Source of the DNA: Theionarchaea archaeon
GTDB lineage: Archaea; Methanobacteriota_B; Thermococci; Methanofastidiosales; SZ-28-30
Direction of reading: 5' to 3'
NCBI GenBank assembly: GCA_018992685.1
Contig: JACVGT010000001.1
Coordinates: 1-64,000 of the forward strand
DNA: 64,000 bases
This document shows positions 20,572 through 30,827 of this stretch, piece by piece; position 1 is the stretch's first letter; each line of letters opens with the position of its first letter. The translations under genes and the position numbers were made by a program. The notes beneath the pieces were generated by a model, which was given only the letters and a program-made list of their open reading frames with translations, did not search any database and was not told where the DNA came from.

Positions 20572-21078
20572 ATGAACATCATGCGCAGGCCGAGAATCGG
20601 GAAAGTCGTTGTTAATATGGGACTGGGGGAATCCGGAGAGTTACTGGAGAAGGCAGAGAAGCTCCTTCAGCAGCTCACTGACCAGGCCCCGGTACGGACG
20701 AAGGCAAAGATCACCAACAGAGACTTTGGGATCAGGAAAGGAGAACCCATTGGGGTGAAGGTGACCTTGCGCAGTGCGAAGGCAGATTCTTTTCTGAAAA
20801 GAGCCTTGGAGGCCAAGGAGAAGACTCTGGCTGCGCGAAATTTTGATGATAAGGGGAACTTCGCTTTTGGGATTGGGGAACACATTGATCTCCCCGGTGT
20901 GAGATATGATCCATCCGTGGGTATTTTCGGGATGGACGTTGCTGTAACCTTGGAGAGATCCGGGTTCAGGATAAAGAAGAGGAAAATCCAGAAGAAACCC
21001 ATTCATCATCGCGATTATGTGACCATAGATGAAGCCAAGGAGTTTGTTATGGAGAACTTCGGGGTGAGAATTGTATGA
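20572..21078 (+). CDS. rpl5: 50S ribosomal protein uL5
   Basis: [18 protein letters not shown] and GIFGMD. Confidence 0.97.
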   Translation: MNIMRRPRIGKVVVNMGLGESGELLEKAEKLLQQLTDQAPVRTKAKITNRDFGIRKGEPIGVKVTLRSAKADSFLKRALEAKEKTLAARNFDDKGNFAFGIGEHIDLPGVRYDPSVGIFGMDVAVTLERSGFRIKKRKIQKKPIHHRDYVTIDEAKEFVMENFGVRIV

Positions 21079-21215
21079 AGAAATTCGGAAAAGGCAGCAG
21101 AACGTGTAGACGGTGCGGGAGCCATGGGCCAGTCATCAGGGCCTACGGATTGAATATTTGCAGACAATGCTTTAGAGAATTTGCTCCCAAGATCGGATTC
21201 AAGAAATATTCATAG
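21075..21215 (+). CDS. rps14: 30S ribosomal protein uS14, zinc-finger type (missed by the ORF track)
   Basis: [46 protein letters not shown]. Confidence 0.95.
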   Translation: MKKFGKGSRTCRRCGSHGPVIRAYGLNICRQCFREFAPKIGFKKYS

Positions 21216-21223
21216 GTGATATC

Positions 21224-21610
21224 ATGCTCAACGATCCCCTATCCAATACCCTGTCCAACATCAATATCCACGAAAAAGCTCGGAAGCGGTACTGCGTTGT
21301 TCCCTATTCCAAGACCATAGGGAATGTCCTGCGGGTTATGCAGAAGCACAACTACATTGGAACATTCGAGTACATCGACGACCCACAGAATGGAAAATTC
21401 AAGGCAGAACTTCTTGGGAACGTCAACAGGTGCGGGGTTATTAAGCCCAGGCATGCAGCCAAATGGAACGAGTTTGAGAAATGGGAGAGGCGGTATCTCC
21501 CTGCCAAGGGATTCGGCATCCTCATTGTGTCAACACCCAAAGGTGTCATGGACCACCTGGAAGCTGAATCGCGAGAGACGGGGGGGCGCCTGCTGGCATA
21601 CGTGTACTAG
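21224..21610 (+). CDS. rps8: 30S ribosomal protein uS8
   Basis: YLPAKGFGILIVSTPKGVM and GGRLLAYVY. Confidence 0.97.
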   Translation: MLNDPLSNTLSNINIHEKARKRYCVVPYSKTIGNVLRVMQKHNYIGTFEYIDDPQNGKFKAELLGNVNRCGVIKPRHAAKWNEFEKWERRYLPAKGFGILIVSTPKGVMDHLEAESRETGGRLLAYVY

Positions 21611-21618
21611 GTGATAGC

Positions 21619-22155
21619 ATGGAAGAAAAAGAAGTCCTCATACCAGATGGAGTCACCGTGGAACTTGAGGGAAAAACCCTCACTGTGAAAGGAAAAAAAG
21701 GCACACTGACCAGGACCTTCAAGGTACCCTCAGCAGCCATCCGCATAGACAGCGGGAGAATCGTGGTGTCCACACCTTCCAGCAGAAAGAATGATGTGGC
21801 GGCACTGGGTACCATTGCATCTCATGCCTCCAACATGTTGCATGGGGTACAGGAAGGGTTTGAATACAAGTTGAAAATCTTCTATGCTCACTTCCCCATG
21901 AATGTCTCTGTCACCGGGAACAGGATTAAGATAGACAATTTTCTGGGTGAGAAGTATCCCCGCTATGCAGACATTATGGGGGATGCTGAGGTCAAAATAC
22001 AGGCAGATGCAATTACTGTTACTGGCGTCAGCAAAGAAAACGTTGGTCAGACAGCAGCCAACTTGGAACAGGCCACCCGGGTAAGGCACAGGGATCCACG
22101 GGTATTTCAGGATGGTATCTACCTCATTGAAAGAGACGGGGTGAAACTGAAATGA
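21619..22155 (+). CDS. rpl6: 50S ribosomal protein uL6
   Basis: YAHFPM, NFLGEK and DPRVFQDGIY. Confidence 0.97.
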   Translation: MEEKEVLIPDGVTVELEGKTLTVKGKKGTLTRTFKVPSAAIRIDSGRIVVSTPSSRKNDVAALGTIASHASNMLHGVQEGFEYKLKIFYAHFPMNVSVTGNRIKIDNFLGEKYPRYADIMGDAEVKIQADAITVTGVSKENVGQTAANLEQATRVRHRDPRVFQDGIYLIERDGVKLK

Positions 22156-22778
22156 AGGACAAGAATCGCTTATTGCGGCTGCGACGAAATATGAAGCGGA
22201 AGAGACCTGCGTTTCTGCATCAGGAGCACTGGAAGCTGAATCGGTTCAAGAAAGCTTCTTGGAGAAAACCCAGAGGGAAGAGAAGCAAGATGAGGGCCAA
22301 AGAACGAGCCAAGCCATTCTTGGTTACAGTGGGATACAGGAGCCCGAAGGCAATTCGAGGATGGCATCCTCGCGGAGCGCCAGAAATTACTGTTCACTCG
22401 CTCCAGGACATCGAGCGCCTGCCAGAGGAGAACCAGGCAGCAGAGGCAGCTCAACGTTCCAAGAGAAAACCAAAAGGAAAGTCTCAGTCAGGTCAGAAGT
22501 CCGGGAGAAAAGTCCAACCATCCTACGTTCTCCGGATTGGTTCTGGAGTGGGAAGTCGCAAGAAACTGGACCTTTTGAGAGCAGCCCAGGAAAAGAACCT
22601 GTACGTTGTAAATCCCAGGGTGAAGGCTGCAAAGATCTCATCTCTTGAAGAGCTTGAATCCCTTCTCCCGGTGAGAGATTTTATTGAATCATGGTACATA
22701 TCTGACAAGCTCACTGAAGATGAACGGGACGAGGTACTGGAACGTGCAGAAGAAGTGGGAGTCGAGGTGGTTGAATGA
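22152..22778 (+). CDS. rpl32e: 50S ribosomal protein eL32, extended form
   Basis: WRKPRG and GYRSPKAIRGWHP; internal insertion plus acidic C-terminal extension. Confidence 0.92.
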   Translation: MKDKNRLLRLRRNMKRKRPAFLHQEHWKLNRFKKASWRKPRGKRSKMRAKERAKPFLVTVGYRSPKAIRGWHPRGAPEITVHSLQDIERLPEENQAAEAAQRSKRKPKGKSQSGQKSGRKVQPSYVLRIGSGVGSRKKLDLLRAAQEKNLYVVNPRVKAAKISSLEELESLLPVRDFIESWYISDKLTEDERDEVLERAEEVGVEVVE

Positions 22779-23230
22779 ATCTCAGTGTTCAGAAACGAAT
22801 CGCATCAGATGTGATGGACTGTGGAATTAACCGGGTATGGCTGGATACAGAAAGAACAGAAGAGATTTCCATGGCTATTACGCGGGAAGACATCAGGAAG
22901 CTGGTTCACAGGGGACTCATCAAGAAGAAACCTGAGCAAGCGAATTCCCGTGTGAGAGCGAGAAAGAGAACTCTCCAGAGAAAGAAAGGCCGAAGAAAGG
23001 GCCAGGGAACAAGAAAAGGCACTTTGAACGCACGGAATCCCCGGAAAAACCGATGGATGCAGAGAATCAGACCCTTGAGACGTGAACTGAAAACCATGAG
23101 AGACACGCGTTACATCGAGCGGAACATCTACCGCAGGTTGTACCGGATGGCCAAAGGTGGAGCCTTCAGGAGTGTGGCCCACCTGCGCACATATGTTGAA
23201 GAACACAGTCTTATAAGGAAGAGGCGATAA
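22775..23230 (+). CDS. rpl19e: 50S ribosomal protein eL19
   Basis: [13 protein letters not shown] and YRMAKGG. Confidence 0.97.
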   Translation: MNLSVQKRIASDVMDCGINRVWLDTERTEEISMAITREDIRKLVHRGLIKKKPEQANSRVRARKRTLQRKKGRRKGQGTRKGTLNARNPRKNRWMQRIRPLRRELKTMRDTRYIERNIYRRLYRMAKGGAFRSVAHLRTYVEEHSLIRKRR

Positions 23231-23232
23231 TC

Positions 23233-23733
23233 ATGGCTCATGGACCCCGTTACCGAGTAGCATCCAGAAGGAGACGAGAAGGAAAGACAGATTATCACCA
23301 GCGAATCACCATGGTACAATCAGGGTGGGACAGGCTCGTGGTGAGAAAGTCACTGAAGCATGTGACTGTTCAGGTTGTCAGGGCAGAAACTCAGGGTGAC
23401 AAAACACTGGCCTGTGCGCATTCTGGTGAACTCAAGAGCTTTGGATGGAACCTGGCCACCTCAAACATACCTGCAGCATATCTGACAGGGTACCTGTGTG
23501 GAGTTCGCGCCCTCAAGCACGGGATTGACAAGGCAGTTCTGGACATTGGTGTCAACCGGATTGTTCCCGGGTCCCGACTGTTTGCAGCCCTCAAGGGAGC
23601 TGCTGATGCAGGACTCGATATTCCCTACGGCGAGTCAATACTCCCGTCTGAAGACAGGACCAAGGGGGTTCACATCAAAGCTGAAGATGCAGTGGATGTA
23701 GTACTCAAGAACCTGAAGGAGGCGGCAGCATGA
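23233..23733 (+). CDS. rpl18: 50S ribosomal protein uL18
   Basis: [10 protein letters not shown] and NIPAAYLTG. Confidence 0.97.
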   Translation: MAHGPRYRVASRRRREGKTDYHQRITMVQSGWDRLVVRKSLKHVTVQVVRAETQGDKTLACAHSGELKSFGWNLATSNIPAAYLTGYLCGVRALKHGIDKAVLDIGVNRIVPGSRLFAALKGAADAGLDIPYGESILPSEDRTKGVHIKAEDAVDVVLKNLKEAAA

Positions 23734-24383
23734 ATGAATGGATTCCTCAGACCGAGCTGGGAAAGAAAGTCAAAGAAGGATCTGTAACCAGCATGTCCGA
23801 TGTATTACGCTCATCAAATAGGATCATGGAAATAGGCATCATCGATGCCTTGATGCCAGAGTTGAATGAAAAGGATTATCAGGAAGTGCTCAATGTAAAC
23901 ATGGTGCAGAGAATGACTGACTCAGGGAGGAGGGTCAAGTTCTCTGTAGTGGCCGTGGTGGGAAACAAGAATGGCTTTGTGGGGCTGGGAGAGGCAAAGG
24001 CGGGAGAAGTGGGTCCTGCCATACGGAAAGCCCTTGATAATGCCAAGATTAACCTTATTGAGGTGCGACGAGGCTGTGGGAGCTGGGAATGTGCCTGCGG
24101 GAGGCATCATTCTGTCCCCTTTAAAGTGACAGGGAAGTCTTCCAGTGTGCATGTGATCCTCAAACCAGCACCCAGAGGACTGGGACTGGCTATTGGAGAC
24201 GTCGGAAAGAAAATACTCACACTGGCAGGCGTCCGGGATGTATGGTCCTTCACAGCGGGTCAGACCCAGACAACGGTGAACTTCGCCAAGGCAGTGTTTG
24301 GTGCATTGAAGCAGACAACGACTACCAGTGTGCAGGAAGGAGCGGCCCGGCAGATTGGAGTGGTCACCGGGAAGGTGGAATAA
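23730..24383 (+). CDS. rps5: 30S ribosomal protein uS5
   Basis: QRMTDSGRR and [11 protein letters not shown]. Confidence 0.97.
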   Translation: MNEWIPQTELGKKVKEGSVTSMSDVLRSSNRIMEIGIIDALMPELNEKDYQEVLNVNMVQRMTDSGRRVKFSVVAVVGNKNGFVGLGEAKAGEVGPAIRKALDNAKINLIEVRRGCGSWECACGRHHSVPFKVTGKSSSVHVILKPAPRGLGLAIGDVGKKILTLAGVRDVWSFTAGQTQTTVNFAKAVFGALKQTTTTSVQEGAARQIGVVTGKVE

Positions 24384-24844
24384 TGAACAGGATAATCGTG
24401 GTGGCGGTTCGAAGCACATCAACAGTGAGGAAGGATATCAAAGATACCCTCAAAATGCTTAATCTGACCAGGATAAACCATGCTGTTCTTGTAGATGACA
24501 GGCCTGGCTTTCTGGGCATGCTGAACAAGGCTAAAGACTACGTAACCTATGGGGAGATCGAACAACCTGTTCTGGAAGCCCTGCTTTCCAAGTGGGCCAG
24601 ACTTCCTGGAGATGAAAAGGTAACAGAGCAGTATGTAGAGGAGACAGTAGGTCAGACCATTTCGGAGTTCGCTGCAAGTGTCATGAGGTTTGAAAAAGAG
24701 CTGGATGAGCTGGGGACCAAGCCGCTGTTCAGGCTGCACCCTCCCCGAAAAGGATATAAAGACATCAAGCGTGCCTTCTCTCAGGGAGGTTCTGTGGGAT
24801 ACAGGGGCCCAGCCATCAATGACCTGGTAAGACGGATGATCTAA
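24383..24844 (+). CDS. rpl30: 50S ribosomal protein uL30
   Basis: TLKMLNL, FRLHPPRKG and GYRG; start set at ATG 24383. Confidence 0.95.
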   Translation: MNRIIVVAVRSTSTVRKDIKDTLKMLNLTRINHAVLVDDRPGFLGMLNKAKDYVTYGEIEQPVLEALLSKWARLPGDEKVTEQYVEETVGQTISEFAASVMRFEKELDELGTKPLFRLHPPRKGYKDIKRAFSQGGSVGYRGPAINDLVRRMI

Positions 24845-24854
24845 AGGTGATTGC

Positions 24855-25304
24855 GTGAGAAGAAAACGAAAGAAGATCAGGACCATGAGAGGTTCCCGGA
24901 CCTGTGGAGGCGGCAACGCCAAGAAGAGGCGGGGAGCCGGAAACAGAGGAGGCAGAGGACTGGCAGGTGGTGGAAAGAACAAGAAGACGAAATACGATTG
25001 GGTCAGACAGAATTTTCCGAATCACCTGGGCAGGAGAGGGTTCAAGCGTCCCTCAGCCGTCCTGGTCAGAGAAGAAACTATCAGCGTGCAGGAGCTGGAT
25101 CAGAACGTTGAGTACTACCTTCAGAAGGGACTGGCCCAGAAGAAGAAAGGCAGTATTTCAATCGATGTGAAAGCTCTAGGAGTGACCAAGGTTTTGGGAG
25201 GAGGGAGAGTGACCCAGAAGTTGGATATCACAGCGTCCAAGTTCTCAAAGTCTGCTATTCAGAAGATAGAGGAAAAGGGAGGAGTGTGCAATGTCACTGG
25301 CTGA
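24855..25304 (+). CDS. rpl15: 50S ribosomal protein uL15
   Basis: RGSRTCGGG..RGAGNRGGRG and KVLGGG. Confidence 0.96.
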   Translation: MRRKRKKIRTMRGSRTCGGGNAKKRRGAGNRGGRGLAGGGKNKKTKYDWVRQNFPNHLGRRGFKRPSAVLVREETISVQELDQNVEYYLQKGLAQKKKGSISIDVKALGVTKVLGGGRVTQKLDITASKFSKSAIQKIEEKGGVCNVTG

Positions 25305-26658
25305 AAGATTAATGCCCGTGTTTCACGTGCTCCCAGAGGTGAGTATTCCCAAAAGACATATTCCATTTAAAGAGAAGGTCACCTGGTCAGCAGTCATCTT
25401 GATAATTTACTTTGTTCTGGGGGAAATTCCTCTGTACGGCATGACAGGAACCTCGCAGGATTATTTTGGCTATTTCAAAGCAGTGCTGGCCAGCGAGCAG
25501 GGTACCCTTATCACGCTGGGTATCGGTCCTGTGGTGATGGCTGGTATTTTCATGCAGCTGTTCCAGGGAGCAGAAATTTTTAAGTTCGATCTGACTACGC
25601 ATGAAGGCAAAACTGTATTCCAGGGCCTTCAGAAAATTCTGGCTATCTTCCTCTGTTTCTTCGAATCCTTCATGTTTGTATGGGGAGGAGCCTTTGGAAG
25701 GCCGGGAACGAATGTCATGATTTTCCTCATGCTGCAGATGGCAGCGGGTGCATTTCTTGTCCTTCTCATGGATGAAGTCGTCACCAAGTGGGGATTTGGT
25801 TCTGGAATCTCCCTGTTCATTGCGGGGGGTGTTGCCAAGGACATTATCTGGAGAACGTTCAGCTTTCTGGAAGTTGAAGAATATCCTGGACAGTGGATAG
25901 GAGCTATTCCCCAGTTTGTGCGGTCAGTGATTGCAGGAACACCCACCTGGACCAGGCAGGGTCTCCCTGACATGCTGCAGGTGTCGTTCACAATTCTCAT
26001 ATTCCTGGTGGTAGTATATGCTGAATCCATGCGAGTGGAGATACCTCTCTCATATGGCAAATACAAGGGAGTGAGGGGGAGATACCCCATCAGGTTCATC
26101 TATGCCAGTGTTATCCCTGTGATTCTCACATCTGCCATGATTGGATCAGCAAACCTGGTAGCCCGCCTGCTGAACACTCGATTTGGATGGGAGTTTCTAG
26201 GGACCTTTGAAGGGTCTCAGGCAACCGGTGGGCTCATGTACTATCTGTCGCCCCCTGTGGGGCTGGACCAGGTAGCCAGTGAACCGATTCGTGCTCTTGT
26301 GTACCTCTTGATCATGGTTGGTGGGTGCATTCTGTTCGCTACCATGTGGATTGAACTGACCAACATGGGGCCGAGATCAGTAGCTGAACGGCTGCAGCAG
26401 TCAGGTATGCAGATTCCCGGCTTCAGGAGAGATCCCAGAGTTGTGGAGAAGGTACTCAATCGGTACATACCCAAGGTGACTATCATGGGAGGGGCCACAA
26501 TTGGACTTCTGGCCGCCTTTGCCACCTTCACAAATGCACTGGGAACGGGGACAGGTATATTACTGACGGTGGGTATTGTATACAGAATGTATGAAGACTT
26601 GATGAGGGAGCAGATGTCTGAGATGTTCCCCGCATTGAGGAGCTTCCTAGGAGAGTGA
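25291..26658 (+). CDS. secY: protein translocase SecY/Sec61alpha
   Basis: LGIGP, GSGISLFI, IPGFR and GTGILL; ~10 TM helices. Confidence 0.97.
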   Translation: MSLAERLMPVFHVLPEVSIPKRHIPFKEKVTWSAVILIIYFVLGEIPLYGMTGTSQDYFGYFKAVLASEQGTLITLGIGPVVMAGIFMQLFQGAEIFKFDLTTHEGKTVFQGLQKILAIFLCFFESFMFVWGGAFGRPGTNVMIFLMLQMAAGAFLVLLMDEVVTKWGFGSGISLFIAGGVAKDIIWRTFSFLEVEEYPGQWIGAIPQFVRSVIAGTPTWTRQGLPDMLQVSFTILIFLVVVYAESMRVEIPLSYGKYKGVRGRYPIRFIYASVIPVILTSAMIGSANLVARLLNTRFGWEFLGTFEGSQATGGLMYYLSPPVGLDQVASEPIRALVYLLIMVGGCILFATMWIELTNMGPRSVAERLQQSGMQIPGFRRDPRVVEKVLNRYIPKVTIMGGATIGLLAAFATFTNALGTGTGILLTVGIVYRMYEDLMREQMSEMFPALRSFLGE

Positions 26659-26662
26659 TAGA

Positions 26663-27184
26663 ATGATATTAGGAATTTGGGATACCCTCGGTGAAGTTGC
26701 AAGCTACTTTTACGGGTTCTTGGACAGTGCACTGGGGTTTATCTGGGACTGGCCTGGCGTGTACGCGGTATTCATTGTCTCTATCCTGGTGGGAGTGGTA
26801 TCTGTGGGTACGCAGTACTTCCTGGTGGACCAGGAGAAACTAAAAGTCATTCGAAAAGAGATGTCTGATTACCAGAACCGGCTGCTCCAGGCCAAAAAAA
26901 CAGGGAACAAGAAAGAACTGCGGAAACTTGAAGCCAAAGGAAAGAAAGTGAAGGAACAGCAGGCAGAAATGACAGGAATGACCATGAAACCCATGATGCT
27001 TACCATTGTTCCCATCATGGTCTTTTTTGGATGGGTGCGCAGCCAACCTGCAGCCGCCAACTTGGTGATTGATCTTCCCTTTACTCTGCCGTACTTTGGG
27101 AGTACACTGGGCTGGCTGGGCTGGTACTTTCTGTGCAGCTTCTTCTTCTCAACGGCCTTCCGCAAAGTGCTGGACATGGCGTGA
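26663..27184 (+). CDS. DUF106 / EMC3-TMCO1 family (Oxa1-superfamily) membrane insertase
   Basis: TM, coiled coil, MKPM and GWLGWYFLCS; conserved position after secY. Confidence 0.9.
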   Translation: MILGIWDTLGEVASYFYGFLDSALGFIWDWPGVYAVFIVSILVGVVSVGTQYFLVDQEKLKVIRKEMSDYQNRLLQAKKTGNKKELRKLEAKGKKVKEQQAEMTGMTMKPMMLTIVPIMVFFGWVRSQPAAANLVIDLPFTLPYFGSTLGWLGWYFLCSFFFSTAFRKVLDMA

Positions 27185-27193
27185 GGTGATGAT

Positions 27194-27430
27194 ATGAGGG
27201 GAATGTACCGTTCAGGTTCAATGAAACGTAAGAAGATCAAGACTCCCAAGAGAACTGTGCTCCGGTTCAGGAGAAAGAAGGGAGGCCTGCATGCCTGTGC
27301 AGAATGCGGCGCAGTGCTCCACGGAGTCGGCACCAGGAAAGGAAAAGGCTCAACACCTTCCCGCATCTATGGTGGGTACTTGTGCCATGCCTGTGTGCGT
27401 AAGAGGTTGGTGGAGTCTGTCAGATCATGA
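27194..27430 (+). CDS. rpl34e: 50S ribosomal protein eL34
   Basis: KTP, CAECG and RIYGGYLCHAC. Confidence 0.93.
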   Translation: MRGMYRSGSMKRKKIKTPKRTVLRFRRKKGGLHACAECGAVLHGVGTRKGKGSTPSRIYGGYLCHACVRKRLVESVRS

Positions 27431-27945
27431 TTATCACAGTGGGCGGCTATCCTGGCAGCGGCACGACCACACTGTGTCGCAGGCTGGCTGAGACCTTTGG
27501 GCTCACTCACGTGTATGCAGGACAGATTTTTAGGGAGATGGCTGCCCAGACTGGTGTGACATTAGAGGAATTTGGTGCGACTGCAGAGTCAACTGAGCGC
27601 ATTGATGTGGAAGTGGACAGAAGACAGAGAGAAGCCGCAGTGGACAACACGGTGGTTGAAGGACGGATAACGGCATTCATTGTGGACGCTGACCTGAAGA
27701 TCTGGCTCGTTGCCCCCCTGGAGGTGCGGGCACAGCGCGTGGCCAGCAGGGAGACGATCCCGATTGAAGAAGCTGTCGTCAAGATCACAGAACGGGAAGA
27801 ATCGGAAAGGAAAAGGTATAAAAAGTATTATGATATTGTGATGGAAGATCTCTCATTATATGACCTGATCATTAACACTGAGTTGTGGGACGCCGAAGGT
27901 GTCTTCGAGATCACAAAAGCAGCAATCGAGGTGAGAAAATGGTGA
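27427..27945 (+). CDS. cmk: cytidylate kinase, archaeal type
   Basis: GYPGSGTTT, AGQIFREMA and VEGR. Confidence 0.93.
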   Translation: MIITVGGYPGSGTTTLCRRLAETFGLTHVYAGQIFREMAAQTGVTLEEFGATAESTERIDVEVDRRQREAAVDNTVVEGRITAFIVDADLKIWLVAPLEVRAQRVASRETIPIEEAVVKITEREESERKRYKKYYDIVMEDLSLYDLIINTELWDAEGVFEITKAAIEVRKW

Positions 27946-28172
27946 TGAAAGTAGGACGTGTCTGCACGAAACTGATGGGAAGAGAGGCTGGAGAACTGTG
28001 TGTCGTCGTTGATGTGGTGGATCGGACCTATGCTGTGGTGACAGGACCCAATGTGCGCAGAAGAAAATGCAATGTCAAACATCTGGAACCTCATGCCGCA
28101 GTGGTAGCTGTGGAGAAGGGTGCTTCAGATGAGGTTGTGACAAGAGCACTGGAAAGCGAGGGCTTGGTGTGA
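27939..28172 (+). CDS. rpl14e: 50S ribosomal protein eL14
   Basis: VGRVCTKLMGREAG and RRKCNVKHLEP. Confidence 0.95.
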   Translation: MVMKVGRVCTKLMGREAGELCVVVDVVDRTYAVVTGPNVRRRKCNVKHLEPHAAVVAVEKGASDEVVTRALESEGLV

Positions 28173-29119
28173 TCTTTGAAAGGACCGAGGCAGAAACGTC
28201 AGAGAAATTCGGGAAAAAGCCTGAAGAGAGAAGTGTAGAGGAGCTCTTGTCCTTTGCAGTTATTAACCTGGATAAGCCACGTGGTCCCACCAGTCACGAG
28301 GTCGTTTCCTGGGTTAAGGGGATTTTGCATGTTGATAAGGCTGGACACAGTGGCACGCTGGATCCAAAAGTGACAGGAGTTCTCCCTGTGGCTGTCAAGA
28401 AAGCTACCAAAGCACTGCAGGTTCTCTTGTTGGGGAGCAAGGAATATGTGGGTGTCATGCATCTCCACGGAACTGTGGGTGAAAAGGAGGTCCTCAGTGT
28501 GTTTAAGGAGTTTACCACAGTCATCTATCAGAAGCCTCCGGTAAAATCTGCAGTTGCCAGGAGAGTGAGAAGGAGAAAGATTCATAAGCTCGAGCTTCTA
28601 GAAATGGATGGGAAGGACGTGCTCTTCCGCGTTTCCACACAGGCAGGAACCTATATCAGAAAGTTGTGCTATGATATGGGACTGGTGCTGGGTGTGGGAG
28701 CAAACATGGCTGAACTGAGGCGGACCAGGGTTTCCCACTTCGTTGAAGAGGAGAGCGTGTATCTGCAGGATGTCCTGGATTCATATATCTTTTACCAAGA
28801 GGAACGAGATGAGACAGAACTGCGACGATGCTTGAAGCCCGTGGAGACTGTGGTGCGGAACATTGCCAAGGTATGGATTCAGGATTCAGCCGTGGATTCA
28901 GTGTGTCATGGCGCTGAGCTGGCAGTTCCAGGGGTGGTCAGGTTGGAGCCTGTTGAAGAGCTGGGACAGACCGTAGCGGTCATGACGCTGAAGGATGAGC
29001 TGGTGGCTCTGGGACGATCGGAGATGACCACAAAAGATATATTGGAGAGGAACAAAGGTATCGCAGTGACAACAGAACGAGTGCTCATGGAACGCGGAAC
29101 CTATCCTAGAAATTGGTGA
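28169..29119 (+). CDS. cbf5: H/ACA pseudouridine synthase Cbf5 (TruB family)
   Basis: DKPRGPTSH, GHSGTLDP, GTYIRKLC and a PUA domain. Confidence 0.96.
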   Translation: MIFERTEAETSEKFGKKPEERSVEELLSFAVINLDKPRGPTSHEVVSWVKGILHVDKAGHSGTLDPKVTGVLPVAVKKATKALQVLLLGSKEYVGVMHLHGTVGEKEVLSVFKEFTTVIYQKPPVKSAVARRVRRRKIHKLELLEMDGKDVLFRVSTQAGTYIRKLCYDMGLVLGVGANMAELRRTRVSHFVEEESVYLQDVLDSYIFYQEERDETELRRCLKPVETVVRNIAKVWIQDSAVDSVCHGAELAVPGVVRLEPVEELGQTVAVMTLKDELVALGRSEMTTKDILERNKGIAVTTERVLMERGTYPRNW

Positions 29120-29120
29120 T

Positions 29121-29209
29121 GCCGGGGTTGTCGAGTTCGGTAAGGCGCGGGCCTGGAGAGCCCGTGGGGCGCAAGCCCCGCGAGGGTTCAAATCCCTCCC
29201 CCGGCGCCA
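29121..29209 (+). tRNA. tRNA-Ser(GGA)
   Basis: Acceptor GCCGGGG/CCCCGGC, anticodon arm GCGGGC-CTGGAGA-GCCCGT, long variable arm, GGTTCAAATCC, discriminator G, encoded CCA. Confidence 0.96.
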
Positions 29210-29267
29210 GACATCCTGTCCAAATCCTAAGCCAAATGTTCATGAAGGAGAGGGTTGAAGAGGGGGT

Positions 29268-29786
29268 ATGAAGTCTGAAGAATTAGAAAGACGGGTTGAT
29301 AGTAGTTATGAGAAATATGGGTGGACTGAAGAGCAGAGAAAGGTTTTTGATAAGTTTATTGATGAACGGTATGCTAATTTCAGGAAGCCAGAGAACACAT
29401 TGCGTTCTTACCTTGACCTTTTGAACCAGGTTGTCCTGAAGATAAAGAAGCCTTTCTCAGAGATTACCTATGATGATCTCATACCTCTGTTGAGGGACTG
29501 GCAGAATCGATATGGAAAGAGTACGATGCACGGCAGGAAATGTAAGTTGAAAGCTTTTCTCCGCTGGGAAAGTGGTAACAAGCACGATCCACGGGTGGAT
29601 AGGATTCGTTCAGGGGGATATGTGTCACCAGTGACAATCCATGATCTACTGACAGATGATGAGATTATCGCCTTGAGGAATGTGGCCAAGGATGATCCTC
29701 GAGACCTTGCTTTAGTTGATTTTCATTTGCTTTGAGGTCCTCGTCCTGCAGAGAGTGCTAAATTGAAAATCAAAGATGTGCCTTAA
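29268..29786 (+). pseudogene. tyrosine recombinase/integrase, truncated
   Basis: Core-binding N-domain (ENTLRSY, LKAFLRW), then PRDLALVDFHLL-TGA-GPRPAESAKLKIKDV (Box I Arg motif after an in-frame stop); rest of catalytic domain absent. Confidence 0.85.
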
Positions 29787-29883
29787 AAAGCTCATAATAA
29801 AGAAGATTCCCTTCATCGTCAAAGAGAAAAACACTGAATAGCTGATCTTGCCTAAGAGTTGGGTATCCGGGTCCTGGTATTGT

Positions 29884-30070
29884 TTAGTAACCATATTCTA
29901 CAATTATATTCCCCGAACGACCATAAACATCAAGTGTTATGATAATCCCATGGGTAAAGTTATCTGAATTTCAATTGGAGGGGGTGGAGGGGCCGGAGGA
30001 GGGCTATCCTTTTCTTCTTGGTCATCGCCCTCATTATCATTTCCACTGCTTCCCTCTGAGCGCATGGCTT
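29884..30070 (-). pseudogene. degenerate orphan Rhs C-terminal tip fragment
   Basis: Acidic/Pro linker then TLP; after a 1-nt shift reads GIIITLDVYGRSGNIIVEYGY, paralleling TLPYG..QRSGNVGVA in the intact Rhs tip. Confidence 0.45.
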
Positions 30071-30205
30071 TTCCTCGCCAGTGATGACTGATCAAAGCTA
30101 CTACTGCAATTGTCATCCCCACAAACAGACAAAAGGGCAGGATAGTGACAGAGAGCAAAATCAATCACTCTTTCTTGTACATTGATAAATATAGGTGATT
30201 TTTTA

Positions 30206-30703
30206 TCAGAAAGACTCTCCAGTTTCTTTTGACCTCGCAGCCAGTAGTAACTCATCGTATATCTTGTGTGTCTTTTCCATAGTTCCTTTCAGAATAGAGC
30301 ATGTTTCTGCCGTAAAATAGTATCTTATGCTAGAATTTTGAATCATCAACCAGTTAAATCCACCATTGGTATATAACTTCATTCCTATCCATTCTATCTT
30401 CGATTCATGCAAGTTAAATGCAAATTCGAGGATTTCTCCTGATTTTAAGTAGAAATATGTAGCTCTAGAATTTATAATCAGTAGTATTCCATCGCTGTCT
30501 GAAAAAGAAAAACGCCAAGCCTGAGAAAATCGTATTTGAGAACAATACCTGACGGGAAACCACCTTCCTTGATCCAACAAGTGAGTCCTGGCTTCTATTA
30601 TCTTTTCGCGATCTTTTCTCCTCTTTTTTGCCTCATATCGTTCTTGAAGAAACATTGAGACTGTTGCGGCTCCAACTAAGATAAGCATTATTTCAATTAG
30701 CAT
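30206..30703 (-). CDS. candidate Rhs immunity protein with N-terminal TM
   Basis: Directly downstream of the Rhs gene on the same strand; GAGGAGG RBS before MLIEIM; AT-rich. Confidence 0.55.
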   Translation of the reverse strand: MLIEIMLILVGAATVSMFLQERYEAKKRRKDREKIIEARTHLLDQGRWFPVRYCSQIRFSQAWRFSFSDSDGILLIINSRATYFYLKSGEILEFAFNLHESKIEWIGMKLYTNGGFNWLMIQNSSIRYYFTAETCSILKGTMEKTHKIYDELLLAARSKETGESF

Positions 30704-30827
30704 TATATTCCTCCTCATGTTGTATACAGACACTCTGTCTGTTTCTATCTTCTTGGGTAAATTGGTCCAAGATATCCTGGTCACTGCAGAGATATTCAAA
30801 TCTCACATCATCTTACCTTCCTGTGAC

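Noticed and set aside
13775-29191. Numerous antisense and alternate-frame ORFs in the ribosomal operon
   Set aside because: Shadows of well-supported plus-strand genes.
29733-29735. Selenocysteine or programmed readthrough of the integrase TGA
   Set aside because: The frame stops again 17 codons later and the catalytic domain is missing; a TGG-to-TGA nonsense change is simpler.
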